NCBI GenBank assembly: GCA_942493095.1
Contig: OW818675.1
Coordinates: forward strand, 2,940,001 to 2,972,000
DNA: 32,000 nucleotides
DNA from: Candidatus Electronema halotolerans
Lineage (GTDB): Bacteria > Desulfobacterota > Desulfobulbia > Desulfobulbales > Desulfobulbaceae
Direction of reading: 5' to 3'
Positions within the stretch are counted from its first letter, which is position 1. Every line of letters begins with the position of its first letter. This document shows, piece by piece, positions 1-8,569 of this stretch. The position numbers were made by a program, and so were the translations under genes. The notes under the pieces were generated by a model that ran no database searches, was not told the DNA's origin, and saw only the letters and a program-made list of their open reading frames with translations.

Positions 1-1
1 C

Positions 2-76
2 CAAGAGATCAGCTGGGAGCAGTTCTGCGCCGTGTTCAGACAGCTTTTAGAACAGGAAGGAAGGCTGCGCTGCTGA
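2..76 (+). CDS. C-terminal fragment of an upstream gene entering the window (partial)
   Basis: Frame 2 is open from the window edge to TGA, reading ...QEISWEQFCAVFRQLLEQEGRLRC*. It is short, so support is weak. Confidence 0.3.
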   Translation, partial: QEISWEQFCAVFRQLLEQEGRLRC

Positions 77-146
77 TCAGTTTGCTTTTGTTTGAAAAAA
101 ATGATGCGTGACACGTGAAGACCGCCAGGATTTTTTTGTTTTTTCC

Positions 147-175
147 TTGATATTTTTTGCATTTTGTTTTATGTT
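147..175 (+). promoter_or_regulatory. Putative sigma70-type promoter upstream of the small secreted protein genes
   Basis: TTGATA (147-152), 17-nt spacer, TATGTT (170-175), in an AT-rich stretch upstream of the ORF starting near 232. Confidence 0.35.
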
Positions 176-231
176 AAAAGTAGGTGGAGGTGTGGAAACT
201 GGCAGTTGTTCTCAGTCAAAAGGAGATCAAG

Positions 232-678
232 ATGTGGAAAAAAATGAGTGTCGCAATAGTGTTGGGGCTGTCCCTCAGCCCTTCGGCAGTCATGGCCACG
301 ACTGAGCCGTTCAGTCCTTTTGCAGGTATTGTGGAAGGAATTGCTCAGAGCATGGCCGCTGGCAGCTATGCAAGCGAGTCAAATTATGACGGTGACACCA
401 CCGGCAATGGTGCCCGCATGGCAGGCAACGTGATCATCGGCAGTGAAATGGACAGCCAGCAGCAGGTTGCGGTTGTTGAAGGCACAGTCAGTCTGACGAT
501 GAACGGCAGCAGTGACACTGCTCAGGCGCTGAACTATAACAAGCATAATGGCGGCACAGAGCTGCCAGTGCTGATCATGCAGGGCGCAACCATCAGCGGG
601 GGTGTTGAGATGGCTTCGTCCAACAGCCAAGGATCTGAGCAGGGCATCAATGTGGTGATCGGCGACAGCGGTCTGTAA
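232..678 (+). CDS. Small secreted repeat-containing protein (hypothetical)
   Basis: ORF with signal peptide MWKKMSVAIVLGLSLSPSAVMA. The mature part has repeat-like segments (TVSLTMNGSSDTAQALN; SSNSQGSEQGINVVIG) shared with the next ORF. Start chosen at the internal Met of the 184..678 ORF. Confidence 0.7.
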   Translation: MWKKMSVAIVLGLSLSPSAVMATTEPFSPFAGIVEGIAQSMAAGSYASESNYDGDTTGNGARMAGNVIIGSEMDSQQQVAVVEGTVSLTMNGSSDTAQALNYNKHNGGTELPVLIMQGATISGGVEMASSNSQGSEQGINVVIGDSGL

Positions 679-798
679 ATGCTTATGGCATGCAGGCTGG
701 ATATTGCCGTTTCTGTCAGCACTGCGGCTGAAGACCTGAGTGCGGGTTGAGCAGGGAGGAGACTTGCGCCATATTCCGACTGTCAAAGGAGTCCGAGC

Positions 799-1245
799 AT
801 GGAGGGAAAAATTTGTTTAATCATCATCTCTTTGGCAGGATTGGCCTTTGAGCTGCTGAGTCCTCTCAGAGCTGTGGCAGCGGACATGTCAGTGTTTGAT
901 CAGTTTGCTGATGCGTTTGGCAGCGGTCTGTTTCAAGGCGTGATGATCAACAGCGAGTTGAGCTTGGAATCCAATTACAGCAGCGGTAATTTGCAGGGAA
1001 TAAACATTATCGCAGGCAATTACAATGTGAATGCTGTCCAGGTTGTGGCGGTGACAAGTGATGTTTCCCTCAGTCTCTCAGGGGGAGAAAATGCTGTGCA
1101 GGCCCTCAACATCTATCAGGGCAGCGCGGACGGAATAACTCAGATCGCTGTTATTGACGGTTCGGTGAGCATGACTTCATCCAACAGCAGTGGTGGAATT
1201 CAGGGCATCAATGTCATCACAGAGTCCTGCGATTCCTGCAATTGA
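799..1245 (+). CDS. Small secreted repeat-containing protein, paralogous to the 232-678 product
   Basis: Signal peptide, then repeats LSLESNYSSGNLQGINIIAG / VSLSLSGGENAVQALNIYQG / VSMTSSNSSGGIQGINVI and a CxxC tail (ESCDSCN). Confidence 0.7.
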   Translation: MEGKICLIIISLAGLAFELLSPLRAVAADMSVFDQFADAFGSGLFQGVMINSELSLESNYSSGNLQGINIIAGNYNVNAVQVVAVTSDVSLSLSGGENAVQALNIYQGSADGITQIAVIDGSVSMTSSNSSGGIQGINVITESCDSCN

Positions 1246-1589
1246 TGATTATGAAAAAACTGCTTTTTATTCTTGCAGTGGCTGTCTGCTCCTTCCCGCT
1301 TCAGCAGAGCCACGCGGATGACATCAGAATTGCCTCGATTCCAGATGTGAATGTGACTCCAAGTTTGGAGTCTGTTCTCAGGCAGAAAGACAGCATCCTC
1401 CAAGAAACACAGGAAACAACTGGACAGGAAGCGCAGATCAGCACGAACGGATATGTGCTGGATAACGGCAACATTGTGGTTGACAATCTTGCGGAGCCGA
1501 AATGCGTCTTTTATGGCAATTACAATGATGGCTCCGGCGATGCGTTTCAATATATTGACATTGACACCTTAGTGCTTAACTGCCAGTAA
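1245..1589 (+). CDS. Small secreted protein (hypothetical)
   Basis: Signal peptide MKKLLFILAVAVCSFPLQQSHADD. The start overlaps the stop of the previous gene (TGATG). Co-directional with flanking genes. Confidence 0.6.
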   Translation: MIMKKLLFILAVAVCSFPLQQSHADDIRIASIPDVNVTPSLESVLRQKDSILQETQETTGQEAQISTNGYVLDNGNIVVDNLAEPKCVFYGNYNDGSGDAFQYIDIDTLVLNCQ

Positions 1590-1695
1590 GTTCCTCCAAG
1601 CGGGAGCCGCAGTCTCATCTCTTTTTCTTCTTTCCTCCCACTCCCACAGCTCCGATGAGAACAATTTCCGTTTTCGTTTAAGGCAGGAGTCAACT

Positions 1696-2877
1696 GTGTT
1701 TTGCCGGGCCAGCAGTCTGAAGATCACGACACCTTGCATCAAGGCGGCTTGGCTGACAGGCGCGGTTCTCCTCATGTTCGCCTTGGCTGGCTGTATCAAT
1801 ACCAGTGTCACGGCCCTATCCAACATCACTGCCGAAACCCCCCAGCCTGCTCTGACCAATCTCACTGAAACCTTGAAGTGCATGGGCGGGAAGATCAACC
1901 AGTCGGACATGAAAGGCATTCTCCTGCTGGTGGATGATTTTTATGACGGCACTGTTCCGGTGCTCTCGGAAAGCAGAGCGGCATTGCTCCGTCAGCCCAG
2001 AGAAAACGGTCCCCTGGCCGACGGCGGCAAGTATGATTTTGAGGCAGTCATCCGCAGGAGCATTTCCAACAAAAAAATCATCATTCCCTATTCCCTGCCA
2101 ACCGGCCTGCTCCAAGAGGACAAATTCGGCGGCCTGCCTGCCGATTATCTGCATGATCTTGCCAAATACTACAAAGCCGCCGCTGTCATCCGCGTCAAAG
2201 GCGTGTTCACTCAGAATGACACCTCAGACAACCTGAACAGCGGTTTTGGCAGCGGAGCTGAGGTCAAAGGCAATGATGGCAAAGGGAAAGTGGAATATGG
2301 CCTGTCCAAAGCGTCACGAAGTCTGTCGCTGACTGTTTATCTGGGCGATGCCTTGAGCAACACCCTCGGCGCGGCCACCACCCTGACCTTGAACACCTAC
2401 ACCAATGCGGATAAATTTTCCATCGGCTTTGGCTACGGCGACAGCAGCATGAGTTTCGCCAAGCAGAACAAGTTGCGGGAAGGCCTGCATGGCGCGCAGC
2501 GGACACTGGTGGAGGCGGCAGTGCTCTGGGCGCTCCGGGGCATTTACGGCCATCTTGATTTTTCCTCCTGCTTGGCATCGGACGGCCCCTCTCCCAACGC
2601 GACTGTGACTGCGTATCAAAAATGGCTGAAGCTGGATGAGCAGGACCGGATCAAATATCTGAAACTCATGCTTCAAGAGCTGGATTATTATCATGGCGAC
2701 ATTGACAAGAATTACGATGCTGATCTCCAGCAGGCAATCAGCGCCTATGAAGCGAAACATGACATGCTGATCCCCCACACAGCCGGCAATCTTAGCGATC
2801 TGTTCATCACCCTCTATTTGGAGGTCGATTTCGACAAAATCGACCAGCTGGCCGAACAGAAGACTGGTCTCTTCTGA
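1696..2877 (+). CDS. Outer-membrane lipoprotein, CsgG/HfaB-like candidate (curli-type secretion component)
   Basis: N-terminal hydrophobic segment with lipobox LAGC. Central part has a DDF...-like N-terminal strand, Ser/Gly/Thr-rich predicted beta region (SRSLSLTVYLGDALSNTLGAATTLTLNTYTNADKFSIGFGYG) and a following helix, broadly like CsgG/HfaB. Family call is from pattern recognition, not a search. Confidence 0.5.
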   Translation: MFCRASSLKITTPCIKAAWLTGAVLLMFALAGCINTSVTALSNITAETPQPALTNLTETLKCMGGKINQSDMKGILLLVDDFYDGTVPVLSESRAALLRQPRENGPLADGGKYDFEAVIRRSISNKKIIIPYSLPTGLLQEDKFGGLPADYLHDLAKYYKAAAVIRVKGVFTQNDTSDNLNSGFGSGAEVKGNDGKGKVEYGLSKASRSLSLTVYLGDALSNTLGAATTLTLNTYTNADKFSIGFGYGDSSMSFAKQNKLREGLHGAQRTLVEAAVLWALRGIYGHLDFSSCLASDGPSPNATVTAYQKWLKLDEQDRIKYLKLMLQELDYYHGDIDKNYDADLQQAISAYEAKHDMLIPHTAGNLSDLFITLYLEVDFDKIDQLAEQKTGLF

Positions 2878-2973
2878 AACCTTTCCCGTTGACTGTTCCC
2901 CTCTGTTTTCCTACAATAGGATTGATTTTCTTCTCCGCAGGTCTTTCAACCCGGAGTTGTTCCATTTTCATTC

Positions 2974-4164
2974 ATGCAGGAGTGTTCTCAGATGGCAATT
3001 TTCAGCTGCCCGGCAGCGGCTCTGTTCAACGAGCTGGAAACCGAACAAGATGTTGTGATCCTTGATGTCCGCAATGAAAAAGATTTTGCGCGATTCCACA
3101 TTGAAAGCTCCAAGCCGTTCAAACTCTGCAACGTCTCCTATTACAGGTTCATGGAGACTGAAGAGGAGGCGGTCGCTGCCGTGCCACGCGGCCCCGGTAT
3201 CCGCATCACCTGCGCCAAGGAAGGGTCAGCAAAATATGTGGCTGAAATTCTTGACAAGCATGGTTTTGCCAATGTGGCCTATCTTGCAGGCGGCATCAAG
3301 AGCTGGGGCAACATGCTGGTGCCGAAATTGGTTGCCGCCGGACAAGGCTACGAGCTGCACCAGTTCATCCGTCCCGGCAAGGCATCCTGCTCTTATGGTC
3401 TGATTTGCGGCAGGGAAATGATGCTCTTTGATCCCTCCCGCAATGTCGATTTCTACCTTGCCTTTGCCAAAGAAAAGGGAGCGGAAATCACCAAAATATT
3501 TGAAACCCATCTGCAAGCGGATTATATTTCCGGCTCCAGCCAGCTTCTTGAACAGTGCGGGGCTGCGCTCCATGCCAATGCCGAAGATTTCGGCGGCGCG
3601 CAGCTGCCTTTCATTCCGCTTACTGATGGTGAATTCCACAGTTTCGCCAACGGCGGCCCGCAGGTGCAGGTAATCTTCACCCCCGGTCACACGCCCGGCT
3701 CCACCTCCTACATTATTGACGGCAAATACATGCTCTCCGGTGACACGGTCTTTCTCGCCTCAGTGGGCCGACCCGATCTCGGCGGACAGGCAGAGGCGTG
3801 GGCGGTGCGGCTGTATGCCACCATCAGCAGGATTTTGCGTGAATTTGACCGCAGCCTCCAGGTTCTGCCCGGTCATTACATGAACTGGCAGGAGGCTGAT
3901 GCGCGGGCTGTCTTTACGGCAACCTTGGCCGAGGTGATCGAGCGCAACAAGCATATTTACAGCATTGGGACTGAAGCCGATTTCATCCATTTCATCAAGG
4001 AGAACATCCGCCAGCAGCCGGAAGAATACGCCCGCATCCGCCTGATCAATGCAGGCCGGGAGCAGGTGAGTCTCGAAGAAGCGGATCTGCTTGATCTTGG
4101 TAAGAATGAATGCGCCGCCACTGCCCATGCGCAGGCAAAAACGGCCCAGCCAGCCGCCAATTGA
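2974..4164 (+). CDS. Rhodanese domain fused to metallo-beta-lactamase fold (persulfide dioxygenase-like)
   Basis: N-terminal rhodanese-like region (VVILDVRNEKDFARFHI... ITCAKEGSAKYVAEIL... YLAGGIKSW), then MBL motifs THLQADY, FTPGHTPGSTSY, LSGDTVF, GRPDLGG, LPGHY. Confidence 0.85.
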   Translation: MQECSQMAIFSCPAAALFNELETEQDVVILDVRNEKDFARFHIESSKPFKLCNVSYYRFMETEEEAVAAVPRGPGIRITCAKEGSAKYVAEILDKHGFANVAYLAGGIKSWGNMLVPKLVAAGQGYELHQFIRPGKASCSYGLICGREMMLFDPSRNVDFYLAFAKEKGAEITKIFETHLQADYISGSSQLLEQCGAALHANAEDFGGAQLPFIPLTDGEFHSFANGGPQVQVIFTPGHTPGSTSYIIDGKYMLSGDTVFLASVGRPDLGGQAEAWAVRLYATISRILREFDRSLQVLPGHYMNWQEADARAVFTATLAEVIERNKHIYSIGTEADFIHFIKENIRQQPEEYARIRLINAGREQVSLEEADLLDLGKNECAATAHAQAKTAQPAAN

Positions 4165-4181
4165 GCCACAGGACAACCATC

Positions 4182-4967
4182 ATGAAAACAATGCGTTCCC
4201 TGCTGCTTCCAGCCCTGCTGACTGTTCTCCTGCTGCCTGTCTTGGCTGTAGCGCAGGACGAGCTGCCCGCCAGTCCCAAGGCGGAGATATTGATGGCAAA
4301 TGCCCGGCCCAGAGTGGAGCGGCAGCTGGCTGCCAAAGGCATGCAGCTTGGCAGCCCCATCTTTCTCCGGGTCTTCAAACAATCCAAGCAGATTGAAGTC
4401 TGGCTGCGGCAGGGAGACAGGTTCGAGCTGTTTAAAACATATCCGATCTGCACCTATTCCGGCGGCCTTGGCCCAAAACTGCGTGAAGGTGATCTGCAAA
4501 GCCCGGAAGGTTTTTACACCGTGTCCTGGGGCCAGCTCAACCCATCCAGCAGGTTTCATCTCTCCTTTGATATCGGTTATCCCAATGCCGTGGATCGGGC
4601 CAACAAACGCACTGGCAGCCTGATCATGGTGCATGGCCGCTGCATTTCTCAAGGCTGCCTGGCGATGGGGAATCTACAGATTGAAGAAATTTACCTGCTC
4701 GCCTATCAGGCCTTTCTGCATGGACAACAGGCCTTCAACGTTCATATTTTCCCGTTCCGCATGACCAAGGAGAATCTGGCCGAGCACAAAGACTCCCGCT
4801 GGACTGCATTCTGGGAAAATCTCAAGGAAGGCTACGATGCCTTTGAACAGTCTCGCAAAGTGCCCTTCATTGTTGCGGATAATGGCCACTATGCTGTGCG
4901 GTCAGCGGCAATCCGCAACAGTGTGGTGATGATCAACCCGCAGATCGAGGTGAAGGCAAAATACTGA
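4182..4967 (+). CDS. L,D-transpeptidase (YafK-like murein transpeptidase)
   Basis: Signal peptide. YkuD-type active-site motif VHGRCISQGCLAMGN. Confidence 0.85.
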   Translation: MKTMRSLLLPALLTVLLLPVLAVAQDELPASPKAEILMANARPRVERQLAAKGMQLGSPIFLRVFKQSKQIEVWLRQGDRFELFKTYPICTYSGGLGPKLREGDLQSPEGFYTVSWGQLNPSSRFHLSFDIGYPNAVDRANKRTGSLIMVHGRCISQGCLAMGNLQIEEIYLLAYQAFLHGQQAFNVHIFPFRMTKENLAEHKDSRWTAFWENLKEGYDAFEQSRKVPFIVADNGHYAVRSAAIRNSVVMINPQIEVKAKY

Positions 4968-4984
4968 ATCGTGAGAGAAAGCAA

Positions 4985-5698
4985 ATGGATATGGAAAAAC
5001 TGCTCGGCAAGCTGCTTCAGGAGACCATCGGTTCCGGCGGCGGCCAGTTCAGCACGGCTAACAAGAAAAGGAAGAAGCAGCAGTCAGTTACAGACTCGTT
5101 GCTCGGCGGCCTGACGGGTCAGCTCACCTCCGGCAAAGGCCTGATGACCGCCATTGGTCTTGGTGTGGGAGCCTATGAGATTTTTCGCAGCGGCAGGCAG
5201 CAGACTCAGCCGCAGCCTGCAGCTCAGAACTGGAATTCAGCATCGCCGCCCGCTGCTGGAATGCTGTCCAGCACGCCTCCCCCCCCGCCGCCTTCTGCTG
5301 CCGCCTTCAGGCAAACACCTGCGCCTGCCGCGCCTGCACCAGCCACATTTGATGAGCAGGAGCTGGCCCGCCGCCTGATCCAAGTCATGGTTGCCGCTGC
5401 TCATGCTGACGGCATCTTGGATGCGGAGGAAGAAAAGGCCATTCTTGACCGCCTGCGGAGCACTGAGCTTGCTCAGGAAGAAAAGATGTTTCTTCTGGAG
5501 GAGCTGCATCATCCCCGGCCAATTGCTGATCTGACGCAAGGCATCAGCGGCGATCTTCGTTTGGCGCAGACCATGTATGCGGTGGCCTTGTCCGCAATTG
5601 TGGTGGACACGGACAGCGAGCGGCAGTGGCTGGATGAGCTGGGCGCGGCCTTGGGCCTCAGCCCGGAAATCTGCCGCTTCATCGAAGAGACCTGCTGA
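4985..5698 (+). CDS. DUF533/TerB-like (YebE-like) protein
   Basis: N-term MEKLLGKLLQE...GLMTAIGLGVGAYEIFR, Pro/Ala linker, and C-terminal TerB-like helical region (RLIQVMVAAAHADGILDAEEEKAIL). Confidence 0.75.
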   Translation: MDMEKLLGKLLQETIGSGGGQFSTANKKRKKQQSVTDSLLGGLTGQLTSGKGLMTAIGLGVGAYEIFRSGRQQTQPQPAAQNWNSASPPAAGMLSSTPPPPPPSAAAFRQTPAPAAPAPATFDEQELARRLIQVMVAAAHADGILDAEEEKAILDRLRSTELAQEEKMFLLEELHHPRPIADLTQGISGDLRLAQTMYAVALSAIVVDTDSERQWLDELGAALGLSPEICRFIEETC

Positions 5699-5832
5699 AT
5701 CCGCCGCCCAAGGCATTGTCTTGGGCGTTTGAATTGTTCCAGAGGCTGCGGCCTGCATTTCTGTTCAACACGTGGACGCTGCTATATAATGCGGTACGCA
5801 TGATTTCCCGCCGAGGCGGAACACAAGACAAG

Positions 5833-6684
5833 ATGTCGGATAAAGACGAGGAAAACCGGGAGAAATCCTTCTGGCAGCAGCTGAAGGACTTGGCCAAGTT
5901 CCGGGGAGCACCTGACAGCACCCAGAAGCTGGAGCATGAAATACAGGAACTGCTGGAGGACGGCGAGGAGCATGGCCTGATCAGCCGCCATGAGGAGCAG
6001 CTCATCAACTCGATTTTTAATTTTCGAGCCACCAGGGCTGTGGAAATCATGACCCCGGCGGCAGCAATCATTGCCGCTGATGTCAGCAGCTCCGTGCCTG
6101 AGCTGGCCCGGCTGGTCTGCGAGGAGGGCTGCACCAGAGTGCCGGTCTGCAAGGGCAGTTTGGACAACATCGTCGGCATCATCCATGCCAAAGACCTGCT
6201 CTGCCTGCTCAGTCAGGAGCAGAAGAAGACTATGGTTTTGGAGGAGTATCTCAATCCGCCGGTGTTTGTGGCCGAAAATAAGCCGATCACTGAGCTGCTC
6301 CGTGATTTTCAGTCTGGCAAAAATCATCTGGCCATTGTCACGGATGAGTTTGGCAGCGTCCGGGGCCTGATCACCCTTGAGGATGTGCTGGAGGAGATTG
6401 TCGGCGAAATTGATGACGAGCATGATCAGGAGGAGCGGGAGCTGATGCTGGCTGTAGATCAGCAGACTGTGGTGGTTGATGCCCGGATTGACATTGAGGC
6501 GGTGGAGGAGCATTTTGCCTGCCAGCTGCCCGAAGGCCCCTATGAATCCGTGGGCGGCCTGCTGATCCACTCTCTGGGCCGGATGCCCAAGCAGGGCGAA
6601 ACTGTGACCGCTCCGCCCCTGACCTTGAAAGTGCTGACCGCCACCCCGCGCCGGGTCCGCACCGTGAGAATCCGCAAACCATGA
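5833..6684 (+). CDS. CBS-domain protein, CorC/HlyC family
   Basis: IMTPAAAIIAADVSSSVPELARLV...GCTRVPVCKGSLDNIVGIIHAKDLL...LAIVTDEFGSVRGLITLEDVLEEIVGEIDDEHD, followed by a transporter-associated domain. Confidence 0.9.
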   Translation: MSDKDEENREKSFWQQLKDLAKFRGAPDSTQKLEHEIQELLEDGEEHGLISRHEEQLINSIFNFRATRAVEIMTPAAAIIAADVSSSVPELARLVCEEGCTRVPVCKGSLDNIVGIIHAKDLLCLLSQEQKKTMVLEEYLNPPVFVAENKPITELLRDFQSGKNHLAIVTDEFGSVRGLITLEDVLEEIVGEIDDEHDQEERELMLAVDQQTVVVDARIDIEAVEEHFACQLPEGPYESVGGLLIHSLGRMPKQGETVTAPPLTLKVLTATPRRVRTVRIRKP

Positions 6685-8288
6685 AAAACAGAAAACAGCT
6701 TTCCCTGCTGGCCGCCTCGGTCGCCGCCCTGCTGCTGACGTTGGCCATGCCCGGCGCAACAGGCTGGTGGCCGCTGCTTTTTGTCGCCATTGCGCCCCTG
6801 CTTTGGACCGCGCAGACACTGCGGCCCATTGAAAGCGGCTGCATGGGTTTATGCTGCGGCATGATGTATCATGCAGGGCTGCTCTACTGGATCGTCATTG
6901 TTCTCAATAAATATGGCAATCTGCATGCCGTTTTCGCGGTCGGGGCACTGCTGCTGCTGGTTCTTTACATGTCCGCCTACACCGCCTTTTTCTGCCTCTG
7001 CCTGTCGCTCTTAGTGTTCCGCAGAAACGGCGAAAAAGGCTCCTCCACGGTCATTCTTCTGACTGCGCCTGTGCTCTGGGTCGGCTTTGACATGCTGCGC
7101 GGCCTGCTTTTCACCGGCATGCCCTGGATGGACTTGGGCTACGGCCTCTACAATCAGCCTGTGCTGATTCAGGCGGCTGACTTGGGCGGTCATCATCTGA
7201 TCACCTACATCGTTGTCCAGAGCAACGCCTTGATCTTCTGGCTGGCTGACCGAATTTTCAGCAGCGCTCCAGCCTCGGGCAGACGGCATTATCTCTGCGC
7301 AAGCATGATTGTGATGCTGCTCTACTGCACAGGCGGCTATTCCATGATGCGCTACTGGCAGGTCTTTTCCGAAGCCCAGGCAGAGGAGCAGGCAGTCGTC
7401 GCAGTGGCCCAAGGCAATATTGAGCAAAACGAGAAGTGGTCGCCTGCCAAGAAGGATGACACCATTGCCCGCTATCTTTCTTTGTCCATGCAGGCGGTGC
7501 GGGAAGGCGGAACAACAGCAGATTTGCTGATCTGGCCGGAAACCGCCCTGCCGTTCTTTCCTGTCAGAGAGCCGCTGATGAACCTGGTCAAGGATTTTGC
7601 CGAACAGCAGCATCTGCATCTGCTGACCGGGGCTCCGTTTTTCACGGTTGATCCTGACAAAAAATTCCAGCCTGTGGAATACTTCAACAGCGCGCTGATG
7701 ATCAACCCGGAGGGCAGGCTGGTCGGCAGGTACAACAAGCAGCATTTAGTGCCCTTTGGCGAATATGTGCCCCTGCGCGACTGGCTCTGGTTCATCAAGC
7801 CCTTGGTCGAGCTGGTGGGCGATTTCACGCCCGGCGACTCGCCAGCCCCGCTGGAGACTGACAAGATCAAGGCCGGGGTGCTGATCTGTTTTGAGTCCAT
7901 CTTCCCCCATATTGCCCAGCGGGCAACCGCAGCCGGAGCCAACCTCTTGGTCAGCCTGACCAATGATGCCTGGTATGGCCATTCCAGCGCGCCCTACCAG
8001 TCGTGGGCCATGACCGTGTTCCGGGCCGTGGAGAACCGCCGCAGCCTTGTCCGGGCGGCCAACACCGGCATCAGCGGCTTTGTCGGGCCAACCGGCCTGA
8101 TCAGTTCCGAGTCGCCAATCTTTGTCCAAGCCGCTTGGCAGGAGACCGTGCCGCTGATGACCAGCCAGACTGTTTTCACCCAGTTCGGTCATTGGTTCGG
8201 GCATGTCTGCCTGGCCCTGATTCCGTTCCTCCTGCTCTGGGGCTGGACAGAACGGCGGCGGCAGCAGGGAGAAAAGAAGCGAAAATGA
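6681..8288 (+). CDS. lnt: Apolipoprotein N-acyltransferase
   Basis: Multi-pass N-terminus, then nitrilase-like domain: VVAVAQGNIEQNEKW, LIWPETALPF, GRYNKQHLVPFGEYVPL, GVLICFESIFP, SLTNDAWYG. Confidence 0.95.
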   Translation: MKNRKQLSLLAASVAALLLTLAMPGATGWWPLLFVAIAPLLWTAQTLRPIESGCMGLCCGMMYHAGLLYWIVIVLNKYGNLHAVFAVGALLLLVLYMSAYTAFFCLCLSLLVFRRNGEKGSSTVILLTAPVLWVGFDMLRGLLFTGMPWMDLGYGLYNQPVLIQAADLGGHHLITYIVVQSNALIFWLADRIFSSAPASGRRHYLCASMIVMLLYCTGGYSMMRYWQVFSEAQAEEQAVVAVAQGNIEQNEKWSPAKKDDTIARYLSLSMQAVREGGTTADLLIWPETALPFFPVREPLMNLVKDFAEQQHLHLLTGAPFFTVDPDKKFQPVEYFNSALMINPEGRLVGRYNKQHLVPFGEYVPLRDWLWFIKPLVELVGDFTPGDSPAPLETDKIKAGVLICFESIFPHIAQRATAAGANLLVSLTNDAWYGHSSAPYQSWAMTVFRAVENRRSLVRAANTGISGFVGPTGLISSESPIFVQAAWQETVPLMTSQTVFTQFGHWFGHVCLALIPFLLLWGWTERRRQQGEKKRK

Positions 8289-8569
8289 CCAAGGAATATA
8301 TCGGTGTCAGTCAGGCTGAGGATGGCCAGTGGCAGTTCACGGTCCAGAAGAGCAGCGGCAAATGGAAGACCTGCAAGGGCTTCAGCACCGCCAAGGTGGC
8401 GGCTTTGCTGCGCGATGAGTATATTTTGCAGCACCGGCTCGATCAGCCCCGCAATTTTCCGCTCAAGCGGATGGCCAAGATGCGGAACGAGGCCTACGAG
8501 CAGATGTTTGGCCGCAGCAGCGGATTGACAAAGAACATTCCCTATCAACAAGGAGACAGCAATGGTTGA
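8285..8569 (+). CDS. Small conserved hypothetical protein between lnt and prfB
   Basis: ATG overlaps the lnt stop (ATGA) and the gene end overlaps the prfB start, suggesting translational coupling. Product MTKEYIGVSQAEDGQWQFTVQKSSGKWKTCKG... has an AP2-like short strand pattern. Confidence 0.6.
   Translation: MTKEYIGVSQAEDGQWQFTVQKSSGKWKTCKGFSTAKVAALLRDEYILQHRLDQPRNFPLKRMAKMRNEAYEQMFGRSSGLTKNIPYQQGDSNG

Noticed and set aside
1200-1550. Antisense ORF opposite the small secreted protein genes
   Set aside because: It overlaps better-supported genes with signal peptides; many similar long antisense frames in this GC-rich window are by-products of coding bias.
3226-3690. Minus-strand ORF inside the rhodanese-MBL gene
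   Set aside because: Antisense to a strongly supported CDS, with no recognisable domain.
5782-6819. 345-aa minus-strand ORF opposite the CorC-like gene and lnt start
   Set aside because: Long but antisense to two well-supported genes; composition (His/Gln/Asp rich) is typical of reverse-complement translation.
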